From: Octopus vulgaris
Taxonomy: Eukaryota
Assembly: GCA_951406725.2 (NCBI GenBank)
Contig: OX597816.1
Span: 28,024,001 to 28,088,000, forward strand
DNA length: 64,000 nt
Direction of reading: 5' to 3'
The notes below the pieces were generated by a model. The model had not been told where the DNA came from. It worked only from the letters and a program-made list of their open reading frames with translations, and did no database searches. How positions within the stretch are numbered: the stretch's first letter is position 1; each line of letters starts with the position of its first letter. Shown here piece after piece: positions 1 through 12,424 of this stretch. Made by a program: the position numbers and the translations under genes.

Positions 1-50
1 TAGATATATATATACATGTATATCTATATGTATATATGTATATGTATATG

Positions 51-109
<59 letters not shown>

Positions 110-135
110 GAGAATACAAATATATATATATATAC
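1..135. repeat. (TA)n / (TATATG)n microsatellite
   Basis: Direct dinucleotide repeat; explains ORF 16..219. Confidence 0.95.
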
Positions 136-463
136 CACATATCTAATCACCTGTCTATATGTGTGTGTACGTGTGTGCGTATTTCACGCTTCGAGAAAAT
201 ATACATTATACATATATAGTTTTGCTGCACAATTTCCTGTAGCAACGTTGACAAGAGAAACTTTACAACAGGTGTGTAATTGCGAGTTATTTATGTACAC
301 GAGTGTTTCTCTCTTTCTCTCTCTGAACACATGTGTATAGGCACACATGATGCTCATATTTCCGTGCATACGTGTTCTTGAGTTGCTTACAACGTGTTGC
401 ACATACATATATATTTTTTTAATTCTGATCCACTCGCACATATAGCCATACCCTGTTAGGGAT

Positions 464-845
464 GGAGGCGCAATGGCCCAGTGGTTAGGGCAGCGGATTC
501 GCGGTCGTAGGATCGCGGTTTCGATTCCCAGACAGGGCGTTGTGAGAGTTTATTGAACGAAAATACCTAAAAGCTCCACGAGGCTCCGGCAGGGGATAAT
601 GGTGATCCCTGCTGTACTCTTTCACCACAACTTCCTCTCACTCTTACTTCCTGTTTCTGTTGTACCTGCATTTCAAAGGGCCAGCCTTGTCACTCTCTGT
701 GTCACGCTGAATATCCCCGAGAACTACGTTAAGGGTGCCCGTGTCTGTGGAGTGCTCAGCCACTTACACGTTAATTTCACGAGCAGGCTGTTCCGTTGAT
801 CGGATCAACCGGAACCCTCGTCGTCGTAACCGACTGAGTGCTTCC
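464..845 (+). mobile_element. tRNA-derived SINE, group A (head + body X + tail T1)
   Basis: Pol III A-box-like TGGCCCAGTGG and B-box-like GGTTTCGATTCC; near-identical copies at 38098-38477 (-) and 43029-43411 (+). Confidence 0.9.
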
Positions 846-1240
846 GAGTGCGTATACACACATACAACACACACGCATGCGCACAAACGCACACACACAC
901 AGAGACACACACATATGTATATATAGCTGTGCTTAATTATTTTAAATATTAAATACAAGACCAACCTCTTAGACAATTATGAACACAGAATATCCACAGT
1001 AAACCCCCTCAGTTAACAACTGAAGACTTCGCATTTGAGACTAGTTGTGATTCATTAGTTTCAGAGACCGCCTTGTTTCTGAGTCTGCCTATTCATAAAT
1101 CACTCAATCGTCAGGCATAAATCACGCATAGACTTTGAATTGCCAATTAGTATTTGAAAAGAATTACGTAACACTGTGCATCAATACATTTTTTATAAAT
1201 TTAATACGTATATTCTATAACTTCTTACAACTAGAAATAA

Positions 1241-1562
<322 letters not shown>

Positions 1563-1807
1563 AATGCACACATGAGTTCCTACATAAGTACATAAAAGCT
1601 ATAAAACACTTTATTTTCTCTAATGTAGTGCAGTTACTTCAGCGGTATTATAGAAAAATGTGAAGTAACGCAATTTCACTAGTGAATGTTGATACGTTCG
1701 CTTGTCACAGCAAGCGAGCCTGCTGAAGATTTTTAAGAATATCTGTGGAAGTGTGATAACGCTTTTTAATACAAGCAGAAAACATCACATTAACAAGACA
1801 TAACGAT

Positions 1808-1828
1808 ATATCTATTATATACAATCCG

Positions 1829-1863
<35 letters not shown>

Positions 1864-2105
1864 TTCTAGGATCTCGGGCATCCTCCATCCCTTGCGTTCA
1901 AATTAGATATGTAGATACCGACGGTATCAGGGCGTGTATAGGTCTTCGGAAAAATTACAAAAATCGATTCCAGGTGAGAATATGATCGATAAAGCATTAG
2001 GAACGTGCATTTGTACGCGCAAGTACATCAGCTGTTGCGGTCGATACTACGCGTACGCGAGAAAAAGGTTATCTTTATTTCTTCTTTTGCTGGTGTCTCA
2101 AATTT
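1808..2105 (+). mobile_element. possible non-autonomous Helitron-like element, 5' part
   Basis: Starts ATCTATTATATA, then a short spacer and a (GT)n tract, an arrangement typical of non-autonomous Helitrons; no clear 3' CTAG end seen. Confidence 0.35.
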
Positions 2106-2399
2106 AGGTTAAATCAGTGTTTCTCAAAGGGGAGGCCTATGGAACGGTCGGAGAATTTGTTTTGAGAAAATTTGGTTTAAATGTTGAACAATTCAGCACC
2201 ATCCATTGGACGGGGTGGGGGTTGCTCGTATAGATATATATTTAAAAGTCGTTGCAGAAAGTACTTGATACAACCACAGTATATAAATAAAGATTTTCTT
2301 AAATGTTATTAACTATTTTAAAAAAATTATTAAAAAACCGAACGGGTTAGAAGTTTATCGTATTGCGTGTAAGCACTTTCATTTTTGCTTTGTTTTTCT

Positions 2400-2612
2400 T
2401 TTTTCTTTTTTACTTGTTTCAGTCATTTGACTGCGGCCATGCTGGAGCACCGCCTTTAGTCGAGCAGATCGACCCCGGGAGTTATTCTATGTAAGCCCAG
2501 TACTTATTCGATCGGTCTCTTTTTGCCGAACTGCTAAGTGACGGGGACATAAACACACGAGCATTGGTTGTCAAGCGATATTGAGGGGACAAACGCAGAC
2601 ACACAAACATAT

Positions 2613-2643
<31 letters not shown>

Positions 2644-2813
2644 CATATATACGACGGGCTTCTTTCAGTTTCCGTCTACCAAATCCACTCACAAGGCATT
2701 GGTCGACCCGGGGCTATAGCAGAAGACACTTGCCCAATTGCCACGCAGTGGGACTGAACCCAGAATCAAGTGGCTGGTAAACAAGCCACTTACCACACAG
2801 CCACTCCTGCGCC
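2400..2813 (-). mobile_element. tRNA-derived SINE, group B (CORE-like TTGGGCAAGT box, internal TA/TG tract, LINE-like tail)
   Basis: Minus strand GGCGCAGGAGTGGCTGTGTGG...GGGTTCAGTCCC; tail GGCGGTGCTCCAGCATGGCCGCAGTCAAATGACTGAAACAAG; copies at 20978, 54483 and 56881. Confidence 0.9.
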
Positions 2814-3024
2814 TATGCAACTTTTCCAAACATTACTAAAACCAATTTCCTCTCTGCAGATTCAATTGGTGTGACTTTGAACTGATTGATCATCTTCCGT
2901 GTTCTCTTGTTTTAACTTATCTGATTACCATCTGTTGGCCAACATGAAAACACACTTAGCTGGAAATTAGTATCGCAGTGTAATGAGGTATCAATTGTTA
3001 ATGGTGATATGTCTTTACCAACAG

Positions 3025-3179
3025 AATGAAAATTTCTACAGCAATGCGATCGAGGCCCTAAAACATCGATGGAGGAAGTTAGTGGACAGCAAAGAAGATT
3101 ATGTTTAAAAACAAACGTCATTTAGTCACATCCCATGAGTGTATACTTGTCAGCCTCTGAACTTTTCAGCCGAACCTCG
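3025..3179 (+). mobile_element. mariner 3' remnant with right TIR
   Basis: Translates FYSNAIEALKHRWRKLVDSKEDYV (mariner C-terminal FY..GI..L..RW.K....GDY motif); ends GAACTTTTCAGCCGAACCTCG. Confidence 0.7.
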
Positions 3180-3180
3180 C

Positions 3181-3320
<140 letters not shown>

Positions 3321-3633
3321 CATATAGGTATGTTTATATATATATATATGTGTGTGTGTGTGGTAGCAATGTATATAAAAACAAGTTGTTTTCACGTGCG
3401 TGTATGTTATAAAATCAATGTTGGGCGAAGTCATCATTTCCTCAGTCTTAGTAATGATTCTATGCTTATGACTCCCAAAGGGCTCTGAAAATATCAATAC
3501 TATTTAAGTAAAGCTATATGAACATTAATGTATTAGGGCGAGGTGGACAGTAAATTTGTCATCACTATCTGATTAATATTCTTTTTGATGTTACAGCGAA
3601 TTTGTTGAAAAAAATATTCTGCTCATATAATAA

Positions 3634-4086
3634 GGCGGTGAGCTGGCAGAAACGTTACCAGTCCGGGCGAAAAGCTTAGCGGTATTTCGTCTGCCGCTAC
3701 GTTCTGAGTTCAAATTCCGCCGAGGTCGACTTTGCCTTTCATCCTTTCGGGGTCGATTAAATAAATACCAGTTACGCACTGGGGTCGATATAATCGACTT
3801 AATCCGTTTGTTTGTCCTTGTTTGTCTTCTCTGTGTTTAGCCCTTTGTGGGTAGTAAAGAAATAGGTATTTCGTCTGCCGCTACACGTTCTGAGTTCAAA
3901 TTCCGCTGAGGGTGACTTTGGCTTTCATGTTTTCGGGGTCGATTAAATAAGAACCAGTTATGCACTGGGGTCGATATAATCGACTTAATCCGTTTGTCTG
4001 TCCTTGTTTGTCCTCTCTGAGTTTAGCCCCTTGTGGGTAGTAAAGAAATAGGTATTTCGACTGTCTTGACGTTCTGTGTTCAAATT
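3634..4086 (+). mobile_element. SINE group C (Meta-domain-like), two units plus start of a third
   Basis: Head GGCGGTGAGCTGGCAGAA, B box GAGTTCAAATTCC, central GCCTTTCATCCTTTCGGGGTCGAT..AA..GTACCAG motif; unit restarts at GAAATA|GGTATTTCG. Confidence 0.88.
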
Positions 4087-4204
4087 ATATATACACCCCC
4101 ACACACACATACATCTATCTACATAACAGTCTACTAACTATTCTACACTACCTGTGCAAACTGTGGGTATGGGGGTATGCTATCCACTATTTGTATATCC
4201 TGTT

Positions 4205-4510
4205 TAGTATTGGGGAAGAGTCATTTATGAGGACGTATGTGTACAAATGTGTCTGCTTGTGTCTGTATGTTTACTCCACGACAGTTTGACAACCGGTGTT
4301 GATATATTTACGTTCCTGTAACTTTGCGGTTCGACTAAAATCCCGATAAAATAAGTACCAGGGTTAAAAAAACTAATTCCTTGGGTCATTCAGCAAAGAT
4401 TCTGCTAAGACTGCATGGCTGCAGTTTAAAGACTGATACAAATAAAAGATAAAAGTTGTATGGTGGAGCTCCAGCATGGGCGCAGCCGTATGGCTGAAAA
4501 GGTTTAAAGA
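4205..4510 (+). mobile_element. degenerate SINE group B 3' half
   Basis: TTGACAACCGGTGTTG...GCGGTTCG...AAGTACCAGG...CTCCAGCATGG..GCAG tail similarity. Confidence 0.6.
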
Positions 4511-4630
4511 ACATGTATGTATATAAATAAGTGAATATATATATATATATATATATGTGTGTGTTATATTTGTGCGTTGAAATAGTAATATTTGTGTATA
4601 ATATACAAAGACACACACAGATATGTATAT

Positions 4631-4900
4631 ACTTTATTATTACTAAAGCTGCAAAAACATCTCAAAAACATCTCACAAAGCTGCTACTCAGAGTATCACG
4701 TTTCCGTTCATCGGGCAGTTTAGGTTGAGAAATCTAAACCGTCCGACGAACGGGAACATGAAACACTGAGCAGCAGTTTTTTTGTGAGATTCTTATGTGA
4801 TGTTTTTGCAGCTATAGTAACATTAAAGCATATTACTCTTTCTCCGGTAGTCGAGTACTATTTTTCTTTAGCTTTTTTCACATTTACGTGCTTCCCTTGG
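4631..4900. mobile_element. Penelope-type short repeat with inverted arms and hammerhead-like motifs
   Basis: Imperfect palindrome centred near 4730; each arm reads CTG(C)-CCGAYGA-ACG-GRAA-CRT-GAWA-CWCTGAG-YA-GCAG; same family at 44355-44532. Confidence 0.6.
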
Positions 4901-4994
4901 TATATATGCATATATATGCATGTTTATTTGTACTCATATACGCAGCAAAGTACACAAGTATATACATATATATCTATATATAAGTGTGTGTGTA

Positions 4995-5200
4995 TGGAGG
5001 TTATCAACACCCCGGTAAAATTGCTTCGTGCCATTCAGTCCATCTTTATGTTTTGAGCTCAAAATCTGCCAGGGTCGACTTTCTCTTTCGTCCTTTCGGT
5101 ATCGATAAAGCAATTACCAATTGAGGAATAGGGTCGATGTAATTGATTTACTCTCTCCTCCGAATTTGCTTGTCTTCTGCCAACATTTGAAACCAATAAA
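4995..5200 (+). mobile_element. degenerate SINE group C monomer
   Basis: GTCGACTTTCTCTTTCGTCCTTTCGGTATCGATAA core similarity. Confidence 0.6.
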
Positions 5201-5827
5201 AAGAAAAAATCTTAATAACATTGAAAGCACAAACAAATTGGAACATTACACACTTGTGCCGCTCTAGACCGACAAATAAATGAAATAATTGATGTTAATG
5301 ACTTGATATAATATCAGGTAATGAATTTTCTCTTATACCTTTACTACACATATAAATCTTGCTTACTACGTTGTCATTGATTGTTTGGTTTCTAAATAAA
5401 GCAACTATATACACACTGTAGTCGACGCCATCCATGAAATATTGATGATAGTAAGGGACAACTACAATTGACATAGTTTACGTACATGTGTATTTAGAGA
5501 AAGAGAGAAAGGGAGGGAGGTGGAGGAAGAAGATGTGGTAGTAATAACGATTCTTTTATTAACCAATCAATAAGGGTTTCATATTGAACATGGCGCTTAA
5601 CATTTATATTTCCTTCATTATTTTTTTTGATTTTATTAAAATTTGTTTTCTGCTTATTTATGTTAACAAATTTTGTTTCATTTCTATGCATTTTTGGTAT
5701 AGTTTTCAGTTTCCAAAGTATTTGCTTGTATTTCACAACTCTTTATCACATTAAGTATAGAATACACAATATAGTTAGTAATCATACCTACGTATATACA
5801 TGCATATATACATACATATATACATAT

Positions 5828-5860
<33 letters not shown>

Positions 5861-5877
5861 CATGTATATATATATAT

Positions 5878-6208
5878 ACTGTATTGATGGCCTGTAAGAC
5901 CCACCTTCGTTTTAACCCCAAAATCGGCTTAAAAATCCCCCTACGTCCAATACACACATTGTACGCTCAAAACTCGCTCAAAACGGTATGTATTTATACA
6001 AAAAGTGTGCTGCCATCTATTGGTGAACAATTGCCTGCGGTATGTTTATATCGAATGTGGATACAATAAATTGCTTATAATAAAAGGTAATAACATAAAG
6101 TTATACAGGTAAGTGAAGGAATTAAAACATAGTGGTAATTTATTTTACAAAAGTATAGCCAAGGCTAGGGTGCGTCCTATGCACACGTGCATCTTATAGG
6201 CCATCGAA
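5878..6208. mobile_element. Tc1/mariner-superfamily (Tc2/pogo-like) MITE
   Basis: Left CTGTATTGATGGCCTGTAAGAC matches the reverse complement of right ATCTTATAGGCCATCGAATA; repeated GTGCGTCCTAT/GTGCATCTTAT subterminal motif; no ORF. Confidence 0.6.
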
Positions 6209-6220
6209 TAAATGTGTGTG

Positions 6221-6305
<85 letters not shown>

Positions 6306-6308
<3 letters not shown>

Positions 6309-6480
6309 ATCGACTAAATGTAATAGGTGGCGACTAGTCAATTACATGGACGACAGTGTTTCACTGGTACTTAATTTACCGATCCCGAAAGGAAAAAAGG
6401 CAAAGCGACCTCGGCGGAATTTAATCTCAGAACGTAGCGACGGGCAAAATGCCACTAACGATTCTTCCAGCTCGCCACTT
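6306..6480 (-). mobile_element. SINE group C monomer
   Basis: CTGGTACTTAATTTACCGATCCCGAAAGG...CTCGGCGGAATTT...CCAGCTCGCC. Confidence 0.7.
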
Positions 6481-6481
6481 G

Positions 6482-6515
6482 AGTAATAATAATAATAGTA
6501 GTAGTAGTAGTATGT

Positions 6516-6548
<33 letters not shown>

Positions 6549-6549
6549 A

Positions 6550-6585
<36 letters not shown>

Positions 6586-6661
6586 CAGTAGTAGTAGCAG
6601 TAGTAGTAGTAGTAGTAGTAGTAGTAATAGTAGTAGTAGTAATAATAATAATAATAATAAT

Positions 6662-6713
<52 letters not shown>
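6482..6713. repeat. (AGT)n-(AAT)n microsatellite
   Basis: Direct trinucleotide repeats. Confidence 0.95.
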
Positions 6714-6717
<4 letters not shown>

Positions 6718-7054
6718 CAACGTGTCTCTAAAAGAAATGGAGAAACTCTCAACATACAAAGACCTGGAAATAGAGGTAACTAGAATGTGGAACCTGAAAA
6801 CAGAAACAATTCCTATCATAGTAGGTGCATTAGGCATGATAAAAAATATTCAGACAAATACATAACAAAAACACCAGGACTTACAAACACATATAACATA
6901 CAGAAAATTGCACTACTAGGCACTGCACACATCCTACGCAGAACACTTTCCATACAATAACCATCAGAGCATCACAACAAATCACAGCACATACCCAAGG
7001 GACACAGAGCTGCGCTCGGTAGTGAAGTGAAAGCACGCTATAAAAATAAAACTA

Positions 7055-7060
<6 letters not shown>
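6714..7060 (+). mobile_element. 5'-truncated RLE non-LTR retrotransposon (R4/Dong-like), 3' end
   Basis: DNVSLKEMEKLSTYKDLEIEVTRMWNLKTETIPIIVGALGMI, then IQKIALLGTAHILRRTL; 3' UTR ends ACTACTGAATAATAAT in (AAT)n. Confidence 0.88.
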
Positions 7061-7090
<30 letters not shown>

Positions 7091-8325
7091 TCCCCACACA
7101 TGGATCCTAGAAACACTAAACATGAACAAGGTAGTACCAATGATCATAAAATATATAACGCATTCCATGAATAAATGGTAGAGAGTGCTACAGCTCCATA
7201 CAAAAGAGGGACTCCTAAAAATCAAAACCACCTCCATTAAAAGAGGAATATTCCAGGGTGCATGCTTTCTCCACTCCTTTTCTGCTTGGCACTGACGCCT
7301 TTATCTGATATGCTAAACAGAACTGGATGCGGATGCAATTGTTACGGCAAAACAATCAATAACCTCTTATGTATCGATGACCTAAAACTGTACGCTACAA
7401 ATGATAAACAGCTGGAAACATTACTACAGACAGTGCATAGATTTACCTAAGAAATAAATATAAAATTTGGCTTAGAAAAATGTACCAAAGCAACCTTAAA
7501 AAGAGAGAAGCTAGTTAAGAATAGCAACATCACACTAGATAAAGCAAGTGAAATAAGAGAATTAGACCAAAGCCGGATATACAAATACTTAGGAATCAAT
7601 GAACTAGATACGATACAACACACTCAAATGTGAAGAGAAAATATAAAAAAGAATAGTATAGGCGAGTCGGATTATTACTGAAAACAGAGCTCAATGCGAA
7701 AAACAAGATAATAGATAACGACACTCTAGCCGTCCCACTTATAAGTTACAGCTACAACATCCATAACTGGACACTATATGAAGTAATCAAAATAGACAGG
7801 AAAAACAAGAAAAATAATGACAGGATTTAGGTCATTAGAAAATGAGAAAGCAGCCATAGTATGGGATATGCCAATACACAAAAATAGAGAAACTAAGGCC
7901 AATAGGCCAAATATAGTTTTCAGAGATCATCAATAAGAAAATGCCTTCTAATTGATGTATCAGTACCAACAGGTGACAACGTTTCTCTAAAAAAAATTGA
8001 GAAAATTTCAAAATACAAAGACCTAGAATGAGAGGTAACTCAAATTTGGAATCTAAAACCAGAAATAATTCCTATCATAATAGGCGCATTTTGGTATGAT
8101 AAAACAAATATTCAGACAAATACATAACAAAAACAACAAGGCTAACAAATATTTATAATATACAGAAAATGGCACTACTAGGTACCATACACATCATACA
8201 TAAAACAATTTCAATACAGTAACTATAAGAGCATCATATCAAGCCACAGCACATACCCAAGGCAGACAGAGCTGCGCTCGGCAGTGAAGTGGAAGCATAT
8301 GATAAAAAGACTACTGAATGATAAT
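7091..8325 (+). pseudogene. decayed RT plus RLE of the same R4/Dong-like family, internally deleted
   Basis: PHTWILETL, RGIFQG..LSPLLFCLALTPLS, LLCIDDLKLYA (YxDD), KFGLEKC, YKYLGI, NRPNIV, KYKDL motifs with stops and frameshifts; flanked by (AAT)n. Confidence 0.88.
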
Positions 8326-8342
8326 AAAAATATTATTATTAT

Positions 8343-8377
<35 letters not shown>

Positions 8378-8394
8378 ATAATAATAATAATAAT

Positions 8395-8960
8395 AAAGTG
8401 AAATTCAGGCCAATAGGCCGGATATAGTTGTCAGAGATCATCTAGAAGAAAACTGTTTTCTAATAGATGTATCAATACCAACAAAGAAATGGAGAAACTT
8501 TCAAAATACAAAGACCTGGAAATAGAGCTGATTGGAATGTGTAGTCTAAAATAGAAAAAAAGTTCCTCTCATTGGCACATTAGGTTTGTTAAAACAAAAA
8601 AAAAAAACTTCAGAGAAATACATAACAAAACACCAAGACTGACAGGCACATATAACATACAAAAAATAGCACTACTATGCACACATACTACGTAAAATAC
8701 TTTCAATACAGTGAATGTAAACGTACCACAACACACCACAACCCATATCCAAGGAACACAACACAGCGCTCCGTATTGCAGTGAAAGGACGTGATAAAAG
8801 TAATAATGAAAATAATGATAACCAATGCTATCAACGTATCTGTCAACGGATTTGGTAATATCAGAAAATTAACATAAGAGATGTGACATCTTAAATCGAA
8901 AACTGTCACTGTTATTATAGGAGTTTTGGGCGTGATAAAAAGGTGGGGACAGAAAACCCT
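8395..8960 (+). mobile_element. two further RLE-element 3' fragments
   Basis: ANRPDIVVRD..CFLIDVSIP and KYKDLEIE motifs plus the same 3' UTR (CCAAGG.ACAC...GCGCTC.G..GTGAA); a more decayed fragment follows at about 8820-8960. Confidence 0.75.
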
Positions 8961-9441
8961 AGATAATAATTCAGAAGAATCGTCGCTCAAATGGATCCCT
9001 CTCGTAACTTTCAATTACAACTCAGTATCTATTAACCTTGGCCTGACTTAGGGTACTGTGAGTTGTAGCCGGAGAAACAAAAGTAACAACCATAGACGCA
9101 AGAGCAGTACTAGGGGAGCAGCCACAGTTGTAGCAGTAGCAGCAACTGTAGTAGAGGTTTTAGCGGTAGAAGTTGCAGTAGTAGTTGTAGTGGTACTAGT
9201 AGGCGAAGTGGCAACTGATATATGAAGTAATGTTATCAAGCAAACTTGTTGAAACATAATCGGAAACTAACAACGAACCGTGAATTGAAACAGGAAACTG
9301 AGTTGACAGCAAAATGGATACCAGAGAAAAGAGGATATAATAAGTACTGATCCATACACAGTCACACACAGACACACACACACGTACACTCGCTCACATA
9401 CACACACACGTATCTGCATATCTATTTGCATGAATGTGTGC

Positions 9442-9513
<72 letters not shown>

Positions 9514-9536
9514 GTATATGTATATATATGTATATA

Positions 9537-10078
9537 TATATATGGATCAAAACAGTTTGATTCAAATTCGTTGGTACTCTCGAGTTTCAAGCGCGATGCT
9601 AGTCGTCAGCCATTTTGAAGTTTACACGCACAAAACAAACGTTGGGGATTCATAAGCGTTAGGAATTGGTACGAGTTGGGGGTTGGAATGCGTTGGTGTT
9701 TGGTAATCATTGGGATTAATAATTGGCGTGCATACCTACGCGCGCGAGCGTGCGAGGGCACATGTTCACGCGCATGCGTTTGTGCGCGCACACGGTTTTG
9801 CATGCGTACATGCACACGAATCAACATATGAACGGGTGCGCATGTGTGTATGTGTGTATGCATGTGTGCGTATGCGTGTGTACATGGGTAACTAACTGTT
9901 AGCCATATACCAACCTCAAATCACAATATCGCCTGACCCTCCTTGACAAATCGCAGCACACCTTACTGCAATTACAATCAATTTCAGTCATTCAAATTCA
10001 AAATGGCTGACGACTAGCATTGCGCTTGTAACTGAAGAGCAGAAACGAATTTGAATCATACTATTTTGATGCATATAT
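9537..10078. mobile_element. MITE with ~85-bp imperfect TIRs
   Basis: 9537-9622 (TGATTCAAATTCGTT...GCTAGTCGTCAGCCATTTTGAA) is the reverse complement of about 9995-10078; left end abuts (TA)n. Confidence 0.8.
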
Positions 10079-10189
10079 GTAACTCCCAATAAATTGCTTG
10101 AGTGCCCTTATTTTGTTTCTCCACTCACTCGTGTGTATGTATGTATGTATGTATATACATATATATATATATACATATGTATATATATA

Positions 10190-10282
<93 letters not shown>

Positions 10283-10518
10283 GTGTGTGTATATATATCG
10301 AAAGGGAGGAGCAGAGATGGAGAGGGGTAAAGGGGCCGAGAAGCAATTTGATATATGTAGTGTGGAAAGGAGGAAGAAAGGGAGACTAAGAGAGAGGCGG
10401 TGACAAGATGAAGGGAGAGACAAATGGGAAGTGAGGGAGATCGAAAGATTAAGGAAGAAATACAGAATAGAAAAGATGCACATTTACATGTTTGTGTGCA
10501 CATTTCATTTCAGCGTTT

Positions 10519-10933
10519 TTAGTGTTTAGCCATATTGAGATGGCTAGTATATTTTACGTTGTCGAGCGGTTACTGTTTACATCTCGATCAGAGACCGTTT
10601 TTCGAGATCAGTAACAGTGGTTACTGGGAAAAACATTAAATAGATATTCGCAATCATGTCTCTCACATCGAAAACCGGTGATTACCGTACGTTGACAAGA
10701 GGCAAATTACCTCGAAACTGCAGTCCGTGCGTATCACTTAGGTTTACGAGAGAGGGTTGACCTCCCTTTGCAAATATCATAAGGGCGCAGACAGTGTGTC
10801 TAAAGACAGCTGGAGACGATGATCTCATGGGGCTAAAAGCTACAGTAACACCCGCCCTTAGTGGTTAGCCATATTGAGATGGCTAGTATACTTTATGTTG
10901 TCGAGCGGTTACTGTTTACATCTCGTTCAGAGA
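10519..10933. repeat. 339-bp unit bounded by 76-bp direct repeats
   Basis: 10519-10594 is nearly identical to 10858-10933; each contains the hairpin TAGCCAT-ATTGAG-ATGGCTA. Confidence 0.85.
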
Positions 10934-10948
10934 TTTATTATTGCTTAA

Positions 10949-11047
<99 letters not shown>

Positions 11048-11126
11048 AATATTATTTGATATGTACAACATACATGTTTTTTATGGGCTACTATCAAATT
11101 CATATGATGAATGCATGCCAGCCAGT

Positions 11127-11326
11127 ATTTGTAACAAATCTGGGGTCTCAGCTCAATCGTAAGGCGCTGCTCAAATAGCAATACAAACTAACAAAGGAAT
11201 GATAGGATGAGCGAAAAAGCGAGAAAAGGCTCTCTTTTTCTCCCGCCCTATCGTTCCATGTTTAGTTTGTTATGCCATGTAAACAGTGCCTGCAGATTGT
11301 GCTGAGTCACCAGATTTGTTAAAAAT
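11127..11326. repeat. ~200-bp imperfect palindrome (hairpin MITE-like)
   Basis: TAACAAATCTGG..CTCAGC.CAATC...ACAAACTAA...GATAGG pairs with CCTATC...TTAGTTTGT...GATTG.GCTGAG..CCAGATTTGTTA. Confidence 0.75.
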
Positions 11327-11561
11327 ACTCTCTGGCATGCTGTCATCACATAATGCTAACCGTAGCACATGTATTGTGTTGATTGCATTATAACTCTCTC
11401 TCTCTCCAGAAGGAGTAATTTCTTTTGTTGATGTGCATTATATATGTATAGACAATAAGAAAATGGAGGAAAAATAACAAGAAGTGTGTCTTTTGCGCTA
11501 TGAAGCCATTATTTAATTAGTTTACATACATACATACATACATACATAATACATACATACA

Positions 11562-12424
11562 TTCTCGAAGCGACAAGTCGCATATTTGGCGTGGGAGATT
11601 ATTTATCGACAATACGATGAATGTTATCTTCAACACTGAAATCACAGCTATCAGCTCTGTTAAATCACTGGTTAATCTTCAGATGAATTACCTGAAAGAG
11701 CCTTTTATTAATGATCGTAGTGATTTTCGACTGAAATTTGAATTTACCAAGCAGAGATTCATTACAAACAACATACCTGGATACAACATCAACCAGACAA
11801 CGGAGGAGGAACAGAACGAAAACAACTGCTCAACAGGTAAACAGATTCTTTCTAGTTGTAGTTATAGAAGAACCCGTTATAGAAGAGACCTGATATATTA
11901 TGATTTCGGATAGAGAAAAGAAACTGTTTATAGTTGTAGAAATCTGCTGTCCAGCGGTTGTTATCATAAAACTGAAGATCGGTGAAAAACAGAATACTTA
12001 CGCTGAATTATTGCGAAATCTGCAGTTACTTTATCCAGATTACAAGTTCAGTTCTAGACCTACAATTATTGGGACATTGGGGTATGTAATACACTGCCTA
12101 AATACCAATCTTGAGCAATTAGGCTTCTCAAAACCAGAAAGGAGAAAAATCCTGATTCGAAAACTACAGATCGAAGCCATCAGTGAAACCCTAAACATCT
12201 GTAAAACTTTCCAGAAGTTTTTTATTTAAGCATTTAGGAGCATATCTAAATATACAAGTAATACACATAAGAATACAAGAATAAGACAAAACATACAAGC
12301 CTGCACGTATATATGCATACCATGTTGATGTTGTTAAAATTCCAGTGAAGGAACTTTGGATCTAGGTTACAAACCGGATTTTTTTTCTATTGACAAGGAA
12401 TCTTGAAATAAAACTGAATAATAA
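11562..12424 (+). mobile_element. RLE non-LTR retrotransposon remnant, second family
   Basis: R.RPD...DREKKLFIVVEICCP...KIGEKQNTYAELLRNL...PTIIGTLG is the PD..(D/E)..K..KY..L restriction-like endonuclease motif; second copy at 50582-51073 (-). Confidence 0.8.

Noticed and set aside
464-540. tRNA-like sequences at SINE heads
   Set aside because: No complete acceptor stem, and they continue into repeat bodies with TSDs, so they are SINE heads rather than tRNA genes.
2115-2170. hAT/Charlie-like terminus CAGTGTTTCTCAAA
   Set aside because: No convincing partner TIR or 8-bp TSD.
6100-6116. CAG|GTAAGT on plus strand (also TAG|GTAAGT near 29560)
   Set aside because: No polypyrimidine tract upstream; the first lies inside a MITE.
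12335-12385. Hammerhead-like look in the RLE 3' UTR (CCAGTGA...AAACCGG)
   Set aside because: Core deviates at several positions in both copies and no adjacent stem I is evident.
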